Source of the DNA: Candidatus Nealsonbacteria bacterium
Lineage (GTDB): Bacteria; Patescibacteriota; Minisyncoccia; Minisyncoccales; PWPS01
DNA length: 64,000 bases
NCBI GenBank assembly: GCA_003560665.1
Contig: PWKK01000023.1
Coordinates: 186,040-250,039 of the forward strand
Direction: 5' to 3'
In this document: piece by piece, positions 45,448 through 55,582 of the stretch
Layout: each line of letters starts with the position of its first letter
How positions within the stretch are numbered: position 1 is the first letter of the stretch
Position numbers and translations under genes: made by a program
The notes under the pieces: generated by a model
Seen by the model: only the letters and a program-made list of their open reading frames with translations
What the model was told of the DNA's origin: nothing
The model's database searches: none

Positions 45448-45823
45448 GGCGCCTTTGGCGCTTTTTTCATTTCAATGAATTTTTTGTAAGAAGAGATTAA
45501 GGAACTGGAGACAGCAAAGAAAAATACCAAAGCAATGCTCAAAAAGTACAAAGGATAAGTAATTATCATAAAGCAGGGAGGATTATATTCACGAGATTTA
45601 GAACATTTTTAGAAGAATTAAAGTTCCGGCGGCCTACCTCAAAGCCCTCTTTTCCATCAGATTTTCATTTTATAATTTTTGGGCTTTGATTTTTAATTTG
45701 TTTTGTTGTATAGTATAAAAATGGACACCAAAGGGGATGAATGAAGTATTTTTTGTACCTTGAAAGCTACATGTTATTTTAACGTGTTTGTATATAAAAA
45801 ATTGAAAGAGGAGGTGACGACAG

Positions 45824-46660
45824 TTGATTTTTTATCCGGGAAGATGGGTTGGCAGAGTAGATGTTGTTATTTGGATAGCGGTTATGGTGTTTTTCTTTTT
45901 TTCCGCACTGATTAATGGGGGAGATGTCTATCTTTCTTTGTTTGCCGCCGGGGCGGTTGTTTCTGTCATGACTATAATTGGAGCTTCCATTGAAGTCATT
46001 ATCGAGATTTTTCGCAATATGCGAAAGATAGGAACGGTTCTCGGATTTGTGACCAACGGTCCGGAAATGGTTGTTCTGGTAGTGGGGATTGCAACAGGAG
46101 ATGTTCTTTTTGGTATTAGCACTCCGCTGGGATCGAGTGTTATCAATCCGTTCATGCTCGTCTTGGCCGTGTTGGTTTCAAGGACGGCTGTAAAGCATTT
46201 TAGGATAAATTCTGTTTATACTATTTCATGTATTGTTCTTACAGTGATTCTTGCTCTACTGTTTTATATTCTTCCGGAAGGATATTACTGGGTGTGGATA
46301 GCGATTAGTTTTTTGATAACGGTTGTGCTTTTTATTTTAATTCCAGAAGAAAAGGAACCGGAAAAAGAACTATCGTCTCTTCCCTTGTGGGTTGTAGTAC
46401 CGGCCCTGGTAACTCTTCTTGTTTCCGGATACTTTCTCGATATAGTGGTGGCTTTTGCCAGAGATGTGTCTAATGTACCAAAGGGCCTTATCGGTTTTTT
46501 AGTCCTCGCAACGCTCTCCAGTTGGCCGGAACTCAAGAGCACTCTTGTTTTCTTTAGGAAAAACAGAATCAGATCAGCTGCTATCAATATATATGTAAGT
46601 AATATATCAAATATCTGGTTGGCGGTTGTCGGTGTAGTTCTTTATCTGTTCTTTTATTAA
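45824..46660 (+). CDS. CaCA-like cation antiporter membrane protein (Na+/Ca2+ exchanger-type alpha repeats)
   Basis: GFVTNGPEMVVLVVGIATGDVLFGISTPLGSSVINPFMLV, and a second repeat LATLSSWPELKSTLVFF..NIYVSNISNIWL. TTG start 9 nt after AGAGGAGG. Confidence 0.6.
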   Translation: MIFYPGRWVGRVDVVIWIAVMVFFFFSALINGGDVYLSLFAAGAVVSVMTIIGASIEVIIEIFRNMRKIGTVLGFVTNGPEMVVLVVGIATGDVLFGISTPLGSSVINPFMLVLAVLVSRTAVKHFRINSVYTISCIVLTVILALLFYILPEGYYWVWIAISFLITVVLFILIPEEKEPEKELSSLPLWVVVPALVTLLVSGYFLDIVVAFARDVSNVPKGLIGFLVLATLSSWPELKSTLVFFRKNRIRSAAINIYVSNISNIWLAVVGVVLYLFFY

Positions 46661-46662
46661 AA

Positions 46663-46692
46663 AGAGGGAGTAATAAAAATCTCCCTCTTTTT
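46663..46692 (+). terminator. rho-independent terminator
   Basis: AGAGGGAG / CTCCCTCT stem followed by a T run. Confidence 0.8.
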
Positions 46693-46908
46693 GTCATCAA
46701 AAGGCTTGTAATTAATCGTTCCGCTTAGCGTAAGACACTTTTTTTAAAGATAGTTTTTATGGACAAATCTTTTTGATATCTTGTTTGACGAGCTTTCTAA
46801 GTCTGACACAATATAAAAATAACCTTAACGTATACCCAAGCTGTTACCGCTTGCAAATGATATGGCAAGGGTGTGCATGGGGAAGGTAAAGTTAAAAGAA
46901 AATTTAGC

Positions 46909-46936
46909 TTGACATATTTTATTAATTTATTATAAT
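46909..46936 (+). promoter_or_regulatory. consensus promoter (TTGACA, 16 nt spacer, TATAAT) with no ORF behind it
   Basis: TTGACA 46909-46914, TATAAT 46931-46936. Confidence 0.65.
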
Positions 46937-46942
46937 ACGAAT

Positions 46943-47049
46943 GCTGTGGGGTTCTTAAAAATGGTGGACCTCTCGATCAATTTAGTTCCCCAGAAGCCGG
47001 AGCCCCACAGTATGTTTCAAAGACTGCATTACAATTGCGGTCTTTTTTA
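46943..47049 (+). ncRNA. candidate small RNA or terminator-type cis-regulatory leader (family not recognised)
   Basis: 12-bp helix CUGUGGGGUUCU 46944-46955 / GGAGCCCCACAG 46999-47010 enclosing a 43-nt region. Then intrinsic terminator AGACUGCA/UGCGGUCU plus U6 at 47021-47049. Confidence 0.5.
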
Positions 47050-47432
47050 TTTTCTCTAGCTTTGATCTTGATTTCGCTCACTGTTCTTGAGTGAATCACT
47101 TTGAGATTTGTCTTTTGGCAGTTTTAAATGAAAAAAGTTTCTTGCGATTTTTTTTTATGGTAAACTTGTTTAAATAATTAGAAAACATTTAAGAGTTTTA
47201 TGCTTAATTCGAAAGACCTAATTTTTTGTCAGAAGAAAATCTGAAGAAAAATAAAAATGCATACGGACAAGAGTTAGTGGCTTTTTTAAAGGAAGAGAGG
47301 TGTCTAGAAATTAGAGACTAGGCTCCAAGATAGTTCCTTCGACAAAATCAGGACAGAAGAGGGAATTAGTTGTTTTAAGTGATTACTATTAAGCAAAGCA
47401 TTTAAAGAAGAATATTAATTTAAAAATAAGTT

Positions 47433-48977
47433 ATGAAAAAATTTGAGAGGGAATTTAATTTCTATGAGAATCAAAAGAACAGAGAAAAATCGAAGGATAC
47501 TTTTTTTAAAAAAACAGAGGAACAAAGAATCGCTCTTACTTTTGATGATGTACGGTTAAAGTCGGGATACTCCAAAGTGATGCCCGACGATGTTGATTTG
47601 GAGTCGAAGTTTTCTCGGAATATCGGACTTAAAATTCCGATTGTCAGTGCGGCGATGGATACAGTTACCGAGCATCAGATGGGCATCGGAATGGCACTGC
47701 TCGGAGGTCTTGGCGTGATTCACAAAAACATGAGCCCGGAAGAACAAGCAAGGAGGGTTTCTAAGGTAAAGTATTATCTCAACGGGCTTATCGACAAGCC
47801 CATTTGCGTAAGAAAAGAGCAGTCCATTGCAGAGATTCTTAAAATGAAAAAGGAGAAAGAGTATTCCTTTAACACTTTTCCGGTGATCGACAAGAAAGAC
47901 CGGTTGGTAGGGATTCTAAGCAAAAACGACTTTGATTTTTGTAAAAGTGGATCAATTAAGGCCGGAGAAGCAATGTCAAAAGAGGTTATTACCGCACCCA
48001 AGGGGACAAAGCTGGAAAAAGCGTACGAAGTTATGTTCGAAAACAAGAAAAAGACACTTCCCTTGGTAGACAAAGATAACAGGCTTGCCGGTATATATGT
48101 TTTTAAAGATGTCAAAAGAATAATGATGGAAAATCCCGGAGGTTATAATGTGGATGAAAACGGACAGCTCGTGGCGGCAGCAGCCATCGGAGTAAATGAT
48201 TTTGAAAGGTTGGAGTTACTTATAGAAAAAAAGATTAATGTAGTGGTGATAGATACCGCTCACGCGGATACAGAGTCGGTAGTGCAAAACCTAAAAGAGA
48301 TAAAGAAGAAATATAAGATAGATGTGGTAGTGGGTAATGTTTCCGAACCCGAATCAACAAAGCGCCTCATAAAAGCGGGCGCCGATGGAATTAAGGTGGG
48401 TCAGGGTCCCGGATCTATCTGCACTACAAGAGTGGTAGCTGGTATCGGCTCACCGCAAGTATCGGCTGTTTACAAGTGCTCAAAGATAGCTCAGGAATAC
48501 GGAGTTCCGGTTTGCGCCGATGGGGGATTGAAGTACTCTGGAGATATTCCTATTGCGCTTGGCGAGGGAGCACACTGTGTAATGATGGGAGGAATGCTTT
48601 CGGGGACAAAAGAAGCTCCGGGAGATGTTATATTTCGCGAAGGGCGTCAGTGGAAAATTTACCGGGGCATGGGTTCTGTTGGAGCCATGGAAGAACACAA
48701 AGGATCACGTGAAAGATACAGACAATCTTCTGGTAAAAAATCACTTGTAGCCGAAGGCGTAGAAGGGCTCAAACCCTACAAGGGTGGTTTGTCTCAAGTA
48801 ATGTTTCAGTATATTAACGGTCTTAGAAGAGGAATGGGTTATGTGGGAGCGGCAGATATCGCTGAGCTTCACCGGAAAGCTGATTTTGTAAGGATAAGTG
48901 GGGCGGGGAAGGCGGAGTCTCATCCGCACGATATTTTAATAACAAGAGAGCCACCAAACTACCCGATAGGTGATTGA
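47433..48977 (+). CDS. guaB: IMP dehydrogenase
   Basis: [24 protein letters not shown] pair, [21 protein letters not shown] catalytic loop, GGLKYSGD. Confidence 0.93.
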   Translation: MKKFEREFNFYENQKNREKSKDTFFKKTEEQRIALTFDDVRLKSGYSKVMPDDVDLESKFSRNIGLKIPIVSAAMDTVTEHQMGIGMALLGGLGVIHKNMSPEEQARRVSKVKYYLNGLIDKPICVRKEQSIAEILKMKKEKEYSFNTFPVIDKKDRLVGILSKNDFDFCKSGSIKAGEAMSKEVITAPKGTKLEKAYEVMFENKKKTLPLVDKDNRLAGIYVFKDVKRIMMENPGGYNVDENGQLVAAAAIGVNDFERLELLIEKKINVVVIDTAHADTESVVQNLKEIKKKYKIDVVVGNVSEPESTKRLIKAGADGIKVGQGPGSICTTRVVAGIGSPQVSAVYKCSKIAQEYGVPVCADGGLKYSGDIPIALGEGAHCVMMGGMLSGTKEAPGDVIFREGRQWKIYRGMGSVGAMEEHKGSRERYRQSSGKKSLVAEGVEGLKPYKGGLSQVMFQYINGLRRGMGYVGAADIAELHRKADFVRISGAGKAESHPHDILITREPPNYPIGD

Positions 48978-49062
48978 GCATGACAAGACTTTTTGTGATC
49001 GCGGGTAGTTTAGCATTTTAGACAATCTATTTACAAAAAATATTCAAAGTATTTCCAAAAAG

Positions 49063-49800
49063 ATGCCAAAAGAACATATACTTACTTTGCTAAAAAAAGA
49101 AAGAATAGCTGATAATATTTACGGCTTTTGGTTTAAAAAAAACGGAGAAGAATTCGATTATATCCCCGGACAGTTTTTAGAGTGGGAGCTTTCTCATGAA
49201 AAACCGGATGACAGAGGGACAGAAAGATATTTTACCATCGCGTCTTCTCCTGAAGAAGAAAACATTTTGCTGGCAACTAAAATTGTTGAAGATTCAAGCA
49301 CGTTTAAAAAAGTCTTGAAAAATCTTCAAGTTGGCGATGAAATCAACGCAAATGGTCCTTACGGAGATTTTATACTCCCCGAGAACGAGAAAGATAAGCT
49401 TGTTTTTATCGCCGGAGGCATCGGTATCACTCCTTTCAGGAGTATGATTAAAAGTTTGCTAAAAAAAGGATTAAAGAGAAATATTATTCTTTTTTATGCG
49501 GTTAACTTTCCGGAAGAGATTGCTTTTGGAGATGTTTTTTTTGAAGCTAGCACAGAATTTAATTTAAATTGCATTTACACGATAAGTAAGGAAAATCATC
49601 TTCCAGAAGGGTGGTCGGGTGAAAAAGGATTTATAAGTAAAGAGATGATAGAAAGAAATGTAAGAGATTTTCGTAAACGTACTTTCTATGTTTCCGGACC
49701 GGAACCAATGGTAAACATTACAATTAATATGCTAAAGAAGATGGGTGTTAATAAGAAAAGGATTAAAAAAGACTATTTTCCGGGGTATGATAAAATATAA
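49063..49800 (+). CDS. ferredoxin-NADP reductase-like FAD/NAD(P)-binding oxidoreductase
   Basis: RYFTIASSP (RxYS-type FAD motif), FIAGGIGITPFRSM, YVSGPEPM. Confidence 0.8.
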   Translation: MPKEHILTLLKKERIADNIYGFWFKKNGEEFDYIPGQFLEWELSHEKPDDRGTERYFTIASSPEEENILLATKIVEDSSTFKKVLKNLQVGDEINANGPYGDFILPENEKDKLVFIAGGIGITPFRSMIKSLLKKGLKRNIILFYAVNFPEEIAFGDVFFEASTEFNLNCIYTISKENHLPEGWSGEKGFISKEMIERNVRDFRKRTFYVSGPEPMVNITINMLKKMGVNKKRIKKDYFPGYDKI

Positions 49801-49804
49801 AAAA

Positions 49805-50044
49805 ATGAATATGCATTTATTTAAAAAAATTCTTAGAAAAACAATTTCTGTTTTTTGCATTTGTGGTCGGTGCCCAAGTTATCCGAAAAAGAAAGAACCG
49901 AAAACTTATTGCGAGTTTGGAAAAAGTGAATTTGATGTAAAAAAGAGGGGCTGCGTTTGTCCTGAGTGTTTTGTTTGGAAAATTAATCGGTTTAAAGATT
50001 ATTACTATTGCGAAAAAGGGAAGGATCCAAGGTCAAAGATTTGA
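49805..50044 (+). CDS. DUF2769-like Cys-rich protein (full-length copy, 79 aa)
   Basis: FCICGRCPSYP..YCEFGKS..RGCVCPECFVW..YYCEKG. Confidence 0.6.
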   Translation: MNMHLFKKILRKTISVFCICGRCPSYPKKKEPKTYCEFGKSEFDVKKRGCVCPECFVWKINRFKDYYYCEKGKDPRSKI

Positions 50045-50289
50045 TGGTTTACTTGGTAAATAATTAATTTTAAAGTTAAATAGATGATGAAAAGAGCACA
50101 GACACAAACATTTGGATTATTCATCCTTTAGCGGTGGTTCTTGTTTTTTCAAGAACTGGTGTAGATAATGATTTGGTTTTTGCTGAGATAAATAATTAAA
50201 GATAGTATTAAAGAAAAGAAAGTGATTTACGAGATGCTAGAGGAAAGGTTTGTAAAAAAGAGTTATTTTGAAAATCAAAAAATAATTTG

Positions 50290-50805
50290 ATGACAAAAAA
50301 GTCAGTTAAAGTTAATGACAAGATGCAAAAGGATTATGTCTATGAACTCTCCGAAAAGAAAGGAAGTAATTTTCATGCGGATTTCAATCCGGAGTTAAAG
50401 CCAAAGGAGATGCTGAGACTCGGCGTGTTTGGTGGGGTGTATATGAGGGACTGTAAAGAAGAGTTTCCCGAGGAATGGTTTAAAAACGCTAAATTTCAGA
50501 AAGAGGAGAGTTATAAGCATGAAGGTAGTTTAAACTTTTTCGGCGTAAACGCCAGTCAACCACTTTCTGTTTGGAGAGAGAAAGGATGGATTTACAAAGA
50601 TGATCCGAGGGGGTGGTTTCAGTGGTACTGCAGGTATTACATGGGAAGACGTCACAAAGAAGATTTAAAGCAGATAAGTAGATGGAAAAAGATGAAAAGG
50701 CACGTTGGCCAAGTCAAAAAAAACTGCAAAAGAAAAGATTTAACCTGTAGAAGAAGACAAAGACAGACGCTTTTGCACTGGGCATATGACAGCAGGAAGA
50801 TTTAA
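50290..50805 (+). CDS. conserved hypothetical protein
   Basis: 171-aa ORF with the Trp-rich segment DDPRGWFQWYCRYYMGRRHKEDLKQISRWKKM. Family not identified. Confidence 0.55.
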   Translation: MTKKSVKVNDKMQKDYVYELSEKKGSNFHADFNPELKPKEMLRLGVFGGVYMRDCKEEFPEEWFKNAKFQKEESYKHEGSLNFFGVNASQPLSVWREKGWIYKDDPRGWFQWYCRYYMGRRHKEDLKQISRWKKMKRHVGQVKKNCKRKDLTCRRRQRQTLLHWAYDSRKI

Positions 50806-50874
50806 TTTAAACAAAATAATAAAAAGAGAAAAGTTTATACTAAAGCCCTTTTTTTTATTAGCTTAATTTTGGAT

Positions 50875-52134
50875 ATGCAAAAAAATATTTTAATTGTCAC
50901 TGCATTGATTATTCTTTCTACCGGAGGATTCTTGACTTGGCATCTTTGGCCGAACGGGGAAGCGGTTGATATCGAGAAGGAGATAGAGAAAACAGATGAA
51001 AAGAAAGTAGAAGAGGTGATAGTCGAGGAAAGTGAAGAACAGGAGGAGGGTAAGGGTGATGAAAACGATAAAAAAAAGAGTGAGAAAGGAGTTGCTTTTC
51101 AAGGGAGTGTTTCTTCTACGGAAGATTTGCCAAATCAGATAGTTGATTGTCTTTACGAGACGAGTGGAGTGCCCTCTCCAAAAAGCGTTGCATTCAATCT
51201 CAAGGGTGAAGAGTACTGGGTAACGTCACTAATGAATAAATCGCGTGGGGTTGTGGTTTTTGATACAGAAACCGGAGAGCACAAAAAAGACATTGTTCTA
51301 CCCGGAGGGGGAGGAGTGGAGGTAATTTTCGGTAGTGATGGGGGTAGTGTTTATGTCAGTCAAATGGAGACAGGAAGAGTTTATGAGATAGACTCCAAAA
51401 CAAAAGAAATTACGAGAACACTTGAAACGCAAAGTGCTTGGACAAAGGTTGTAGCAATCTCTGAAGATGAAAAAACGCTTTTTGCTTCTAACTGGTCGGG
51501 GAACAGTGTGTCCGTCATCGATCTTGAAAAGGGGAAGCTTTCTAAAAACATTCAAACAGTAACAAATCCGAGAGGGATTTACCCGACAAAAAATGGAAGA
51601 TACCTTTATGTTGCAGGATTTAAAAACGGAGAGATTGAGAAAATAAATCTTGAAACTACAGAGAGCAACATTATCTATAGAAATGAAGGAGCTATGCGTC
51701 ACATTGTTGCCGACGAAGAAAAAGGAGTACTCTATTTCTCTGATATGGCAAACGGAAAAATATACAGAGTTTATCTAGAAGACGACAAAGTTGAACAATT
51801 TGTTAAAACAGAAAGAAACCCAAATACCATTGCCCTTACAGATGGTGGAAGGGTTTTGGTGGTTTCAAATAGAGGAGTTAACAACCCGGAAAGCTATTAT
51901 ATCCCGGGCCCAGAGTGGGGAACGTTAATGTTCTTTAACACCGCTACGGGGGATATATTGGATGTAGTTGTTGGCGGAAACCAACCAACGGCAGTTGATA
52001 TTTATAACAACAAATTGGTTTATTCAAATTTTCTGGATGGTAGTGTTGTTCTTTGTAAAATACCTGATTATGAAGAGTTTTTGAAAGGTGATGGAGGCAC
52101 ACGGGATGTTTATCGCGATTATATAAGAAAATGA
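50875..52134 (+). CDS. membrane-anchored beta-propeller repeat protein (YVTN/lactonase-like)
   Basis: N-terminal TM segment, acidic linker, then repeated about 40-aa units (..LYVS/..LFASNWSGNSVSVIDL../..YLYVAGF..). Confidence 0.55.
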   Translation: MQKNILIVTALIILSTGGFLTWHLWPNGEAVDIEKEIEKTDEKKVEEVIVEESEEQEEGKGDENDKKKSEKGVAFQGSVSSTEDLPNQIVDCLYETSGVPSPKSVAFNLKGEEYWVTSLMNKSRGVVVFDTETGEHKKDIVLPGGGGVEVIFGSDGGSVYVSQMETGRVYEIDSKTKEITRTLETQSAWTKVVAISEDEKTLFASNWSGNSVSVIDLEKGKLSKNIQTVTNPRGIYPTKNGRYLYVAGFKNGEIEKINLETTESNIIYRNEGAMRHIVADEEKGVLYFSDMANGKIYRVYLEDDKVEQFVKTERNPNTIALTDGGRVLVVSNRGVNNPESYYIPGPEWGTLMFFNTATGDILDVVVGGNQPTAVDIYNNKLVYSNFLDGSVVLCKIPDYEEFLKGDGGTRDVYRDYIRK

Positions 52135-52155
52135 ATGATGATTTTCAAGTAAAAG

Positions 52156-52266
52156 ATGAATAAAAGTTTATCTAAAAAAATTCTTAGAAAAATAATTTCT
52201 ATCTTTTGTGTTTGTAACCGGTGCCCGAGCTATCCAAAAGAGAAAGACCCGAAATCAAAGATTTAG
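52156..52266 (+). CDS. truncated DUF2769-like paralogue (36 aa, in-frame loss of the Cys-rich core)
   Basis: MNKSLSKKILRKIISIFCVCNRCPSYPKEKDPKSKI aligns to the first 31 or so and last 7 or so residues of the 49805-50044 product. Confidence 0.4.
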   Translation: MNKSLSKKILRKIISIFCVCNRCPSYPKEKDPKSKI

Positions 52267-52309
52267 TCAACGGAACTTTCAGAAAAAAAGCCCGCTATTT
52301 AAAGCGGAG

Positions 52310-52681
52310 CTATTGAAGATCGGGAAAGTGTTTTTCGAGAAGAAACTCTAATTTTTGAACCGAGTGTTTTCTGCTTTTTTTTGAAGAGTTAAGAACCCAT
52401 TCCGCGTTTTCTTCGATATAACGTTTTTTTAGATCTTTTCGTCCTCGGGACCTTGTTTTCCCTAAAGTAACAGCTATACCGGCCAAAGAGACAACCACTC
52501 GCACCGACTCTTTTTCAATGTCTTTTTTCAAAAGAAGCTTCTGTATTTCTATTCCTACAAGCTGTGCTTCAATTGAACTTGCCGACCAGTAATTTTCTAC
52601 ATATTCCCTAAAAGTGTCATTGTAATTTTCTTTCCCGTTGGTTTTTTTTAAAAGATCTGTAAACAACTTTATCCCTCCCAA
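52310..52681 (-). CDS. hypothetical protein
   Basis: 123-aa ORF with a non-ATG start. No family recognised. Confidence 0.45.
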   Translation of the reverse strand: MGGIKLFTDLLKKTNGKENYNDTFREYVENYWSASSIEAQLVGIEIQKLLLKKDIEKESVRVVVSLAGIAVTLGKTRSRGRKDLKKRYIEENAEWVLNSSKKSRKHSVQKLEFLLEKHFPDLQ

Positions 52682-52769
52682 CGGAATTGTAAAGGAAAAA
52701 ATAAAAAAAGCAACATTTGGCAGAGAAGTTGTTTTTTGTTAAAATGGAAAAAAATTAATCAGAAAAATT

Positions 52770-53564
52770 ATGAAAAGGGAAGTTGCAAAAGTTAAAGTGG
52801 AGAACAGTCTAAGTTATGCAGTGAGGTTGTCAGTACAAAAACTTGGTGGATGGAAAAAGTTTACAAAAGAAGGAGAAAAAGTGCTCTTAAAGCCAAATTT
52901 TAATACAGACGATAGCTATCCGGGATCTACCGACATAGATTTTTTAAGGGAAGTTATAACACAAACTCTCACCACAAATCCAAAGGAGATAGTAATAGGA
53001 GAGTCATCTACTATTTTTAAAGCCGCAAACACGGAAGATTTTTTAAGGGAAAAAGGGGTTTATGATCTTGAAAAACTGGATGAAAGGGTGAGAGTGGTAA
53101 ATTTCGATAAAGGAAAGTGGATTAAAAAACAAATACCGGGAGGGAGATATCTTAAGCACGCCAGTGTTCCGGAGATTTTGGAGGAAGTGGATAAAATAAT
53201 ATTTTTACCCTGCCTTAAAACTCACTGCTTGGCACAGTATACGGGAGCACTTAAGCTTTCGGTGGGCATGATGAAGCCGGGAGAAAGAATAAAACTACAT
53301 GCAGCACATATTCAAGAAAAGATAGCAGAATTAAATATTTTGTTTAAACCGGTTTTAAGCATTATGGACGCTAGGGTTTGTTTTATTGACAAAGGGCCAA
53401 TGAGTGGTCCGCGCAGAAACCCCGGAGCTGTTCTTGCCTCCAGAGACAGAACAAAACTAGACACTGAGGGAGTAAAAACTATTCAGAAATACAAAGGAAA
53501 CTCCTTAACTGGAATTATTCCCGAAGAACTTCCTCAGATAAAACATGCCCTAAAAGTGCTCTAA
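52770..53564 (+). CDS. DUF362 domain protein
   Basis: KVLLKPNFNTDDSYPGSTDIDFLREVI.. and LPCLKTHCLAQYTGALK pattern. Confidence 0.65.
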   Translation: MKREVAKVKVENSLSYAVRLSVQKLGGWKKFTKEGEKVLLKPNFNTDDSYPGSTDIDFLREVITQTLTTNPKEIVIGESSTIFKAANTEDFLREKGVYDLEKLDERVRVVNFDKGKWIKKQIPGGRYLKHASVPEILEEVDKIIFLPCLKTHCLAQYTGALKLSVGMMKPGERIKLHAAHIQEKIAELNILFKPVLSIMDARVCFIDKGPMSGPRRNPGAVLASRDRTKLDTEGVKTIQKYKGNSLTGIIPEELPQIKHALKVL

Positions 53565-53584
53565 AAAGAGAATACGTTTTAAAA

Positions 53585-54202
53585 ATGAGAAAAGAAGAAA
53601 AAATAACAATGGTGATTAGAAGAGAAAAACTTTTCAAGGATGATTACTTTGAGGGTTTTATGGAAACAGACAAGGTCGATTTTCAGAAAAGAATTCTAAA
53701 TAATTTTGAATATATCAAAAGAAAAGACGCTGAGAATAATCCGAACTACAAGCAGCCTATCGGTTATGCTGTTTTGATAAATAAGGAAAGCAGAAAGATT
53801 TTTGTTTTTAAAAGAGCCGTTAAGAACGAAGATCTCACGGAGAAAAGATTACAGGGAAAATGGTCATTGGGCGTAGGTGGACATATTGACGAGGACGACA
53901 GTCAAGAAGAAAACCCGATTAAGGAAAGTCTCTTGCGAGAAATAATGGAGGAAGTGAGGTTGACGGGAAGCGTGGAAGAAGCAAGTGTCCTTGGCTATAT
54001 CAACGACGAGGCAAACAGTGTTGGAGAGGTTCATTTCGGAATACTTTATTTAGTTGAAGTCTCGGGAAATGTTTTTCCGAAATCTCGGGAGATGTCTCAA
54101 GGGTCAATGAGAAAGATAGAAGAGGTAAAAAATAACCTTGCAGAGCAAAACACGGAGGGCTGGTCAAGAATATGTCTCACACTACTGGAAAAAATAATTT
54201 AA
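53585..54202 (+). CDS. NUDIX-family hydrolase
   Basis: Nudix-box-like GGHIDEDDSQEENPIKESLLREIMEEVRL. Confidence 0.55.
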   Translation: MRKEEKITMVIRREKLFKDDYFEGFMETDKVDFQKRILNNFEYIKRKDAENNPNYKQPIGYAVLINKESRKIFVFKRAVKNEDLTEKRLQGKWSLGVGGHIDEDDSQEENPIKESLLREIMEEVRLTGSVEEASVLGYINDEANSVGEVHFGILYLVEVSGNVFPKSREMSQGSMRKIEEVKNNLAEQNTEGWSRICLTLLEKII

Positions 54203-54244
54203 TAATGTATACTGGATATATATTATAAATTTAAAAAAAGAATT

Positions 54245-54820
54245 ATGAGAAGAACAATCGAAAATTTATCAAAAGCGTTTATCGGAGAAAGTCAGGCGAG
54301 AAATCGCTACAGCTTCTATTCCAAAGTTGCCAAAAAAGAAGGATATGAGAAGATAGCCGAAGTTTTTAATACGACGGCCGAACAGGAAAAACAACATGCC
54401 AAGTGGCTTATGAGAATGATTAACGAAATGAAAGAAGACGGACTCGAGCAGATTACCGTTGGAGCGGAGGTTCCTCTTACTTTCGGAACAACGGAAGATA
54501 ATCTGAGGGCCGCTATTGCGGGAGAAAATTTCGAGCATACAAAAATGTATCCTAAGTTTGCAAAGATTGCAAAAGAGGAGGGTTTTCCGGAAGTAGCCCA
54601 AAGATTAGAGAATATCGCCAAGGCTGAGGAACACCATGAAGAAAGGTACAGTAAGATCCTAAAAGAGGTCGAGAAGGGAAGTGTTTTTAAGAAAGAGAGC
54701 GAGGTTTGGTGGGTCTGTCGAGAGTGTGGATATCATTTTCTTGGTACTGAGCCACCGGAAGTTTGTCCTTCCTGCGACCACCCCAGAAGTTATTATGAAC
54801 TAAAGTGTGAAGAATATTAA
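54245..54820 (+). CDS. rbr: rubrerythrin
   Basis: Ferritin-like diiron E..EQEKQH / E..EEHHE pairs, plus a C-terminal rubredoxin CRECG..CPSC. Confidence 0.9.
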   Translation: MRRTIENLSKAFIGESQARNRYSFYSKVAKKEGYEKIAEVFNTTAEQEKQHAKWLMRMINEMKEDGLEQITVGAEVPLTFGTTEDNLRAAIAGENFEHTKMYPKFAKIAKEEGFPEVAQRLENIAKAEEHHEERYSKILKEVEKGSVFKKESEVWWVCRECGYHFLGTEPPEVCPSCDHPRSYYELKCEEY

Positions 54821-54908
54821 AACAAAAGAAAGAAAAGAGAAAACGTCACGAAACTATTTCGTGACGTTTTTATTTGAGTTTTTTTAGAGGAAAAGCTAAT
54901 TTAAGATT

Positions 54909-55571
54909 ATGAAGAAGATGTGGCCAAAGCGAATTAATAAATATTTAAGGGACAAAGGGCATGGCTCACGTCGTGAGACAGATGAGCTTGTAAATAAAGG
55001 ATTTGTCCGTGTTAATGGTACTGTTGCTGACACTGGCTACATGATAAAAAAAGGTGATGTCGTCGAAGTTAAAAAACAAAACAAGGAATATAAGTATTTT
55101 GCTTACTACAAACCACGAGGAATTTCGACCCAGGATTTACCAGGGAAAGAGAGCGTTATTACTAAATTTAAGGATAAAGGAGTTTATCCGGTGGGAAGAC
55201 TGGATAAAGAGTCTGAAGGGCTACTGATACTTACCAACGATGGAAGATTTGCAAGGAAGGTTTTATCAAAGAAAAAAGAGTACGAGAAAGAATACACGGT
55301 TACCGTTAGAGAAAAAATAAACCCCAAAGTCGTGGAAATTTTTCAATCAGGAATAAAAACAAGAACGCTGGGAAAACTTTTGCCCGTCAAAACACAGGTT
55401 ACCAATAACAACAAGTTGAAGATGGTCCTTAACGAAGGAAAGAAACACCAGATAAGAGTGATGCTCAACGAGCTATCTTACACGGTCACCTCTTTAAAAA
55501 GAACTCGTATTGGCGATATTAAACTGAAAGGAGTTAAGCCGGGTGAATTAAAAGAAATTAAAATAAGTTAG
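54909..55571 (+). CDS. pseudouridine synthase, RsuA/RluB family
   Basis: S4 domain RINKYLRDKGHGSRRE, catalytic GRLDKESEGLLILTND, KKHQIRVM. Confidence 0.85.
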   Translation: MKKMWPKRINKYLRDKGHGSRRETDELVNKGFVRVNGTVADTGYMIKKGDVVEVKKQNKEYKYFAYYKPRGISTQDLPGKESVITKFKDKGVYPVGRLDKESEGLLILTNDGRFARKVLSKKKEYEKEYTVTVREKINPKVVEIFQSGIKTRTLGKLLPVKTQVTNNNKLKMVLNEGKKHQIRVMLNELSYTVTSLKRTRIGDIKLKGVKPGELKEIKIS

Positions 55572-55582
55572 GTTTAAAGAAA

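Noticed and set aside
45444-45569. Minus-strand 41-aa hydrophobic ORF (MIITYPLYFLSIALVFFFAVSSS..KKAPKAP) whose stop shares a TTAA with the convergent gene. Possible type I toxin.
   Set aside because: No SD (CCTCCC upstream), no convincing promoter, and its 3' end runs through the neighbouring gene's terminator. Insufficient support without conservation or expression data.
45725-45800. AAAGGGGA.. upstream of the CaCA-like transporter considered as a yybP-ykoY (Mn2+) riboswitch
   Set aside because: Only the first 8 nt resemble the motif. The four-way junction partners and the second conserved half are absent.
46680-47432. SRP RNA, RNase P RNA, tmRNA or 6S RNA in the large intergenic region
   Set aside because: None of the diagnostic motifs were seen on either strand: the SRP GGAA tetraloop with AGCA symmetric loop, RNase P GAGGAAAGUCC, or tmRNA tRNA-like ends.
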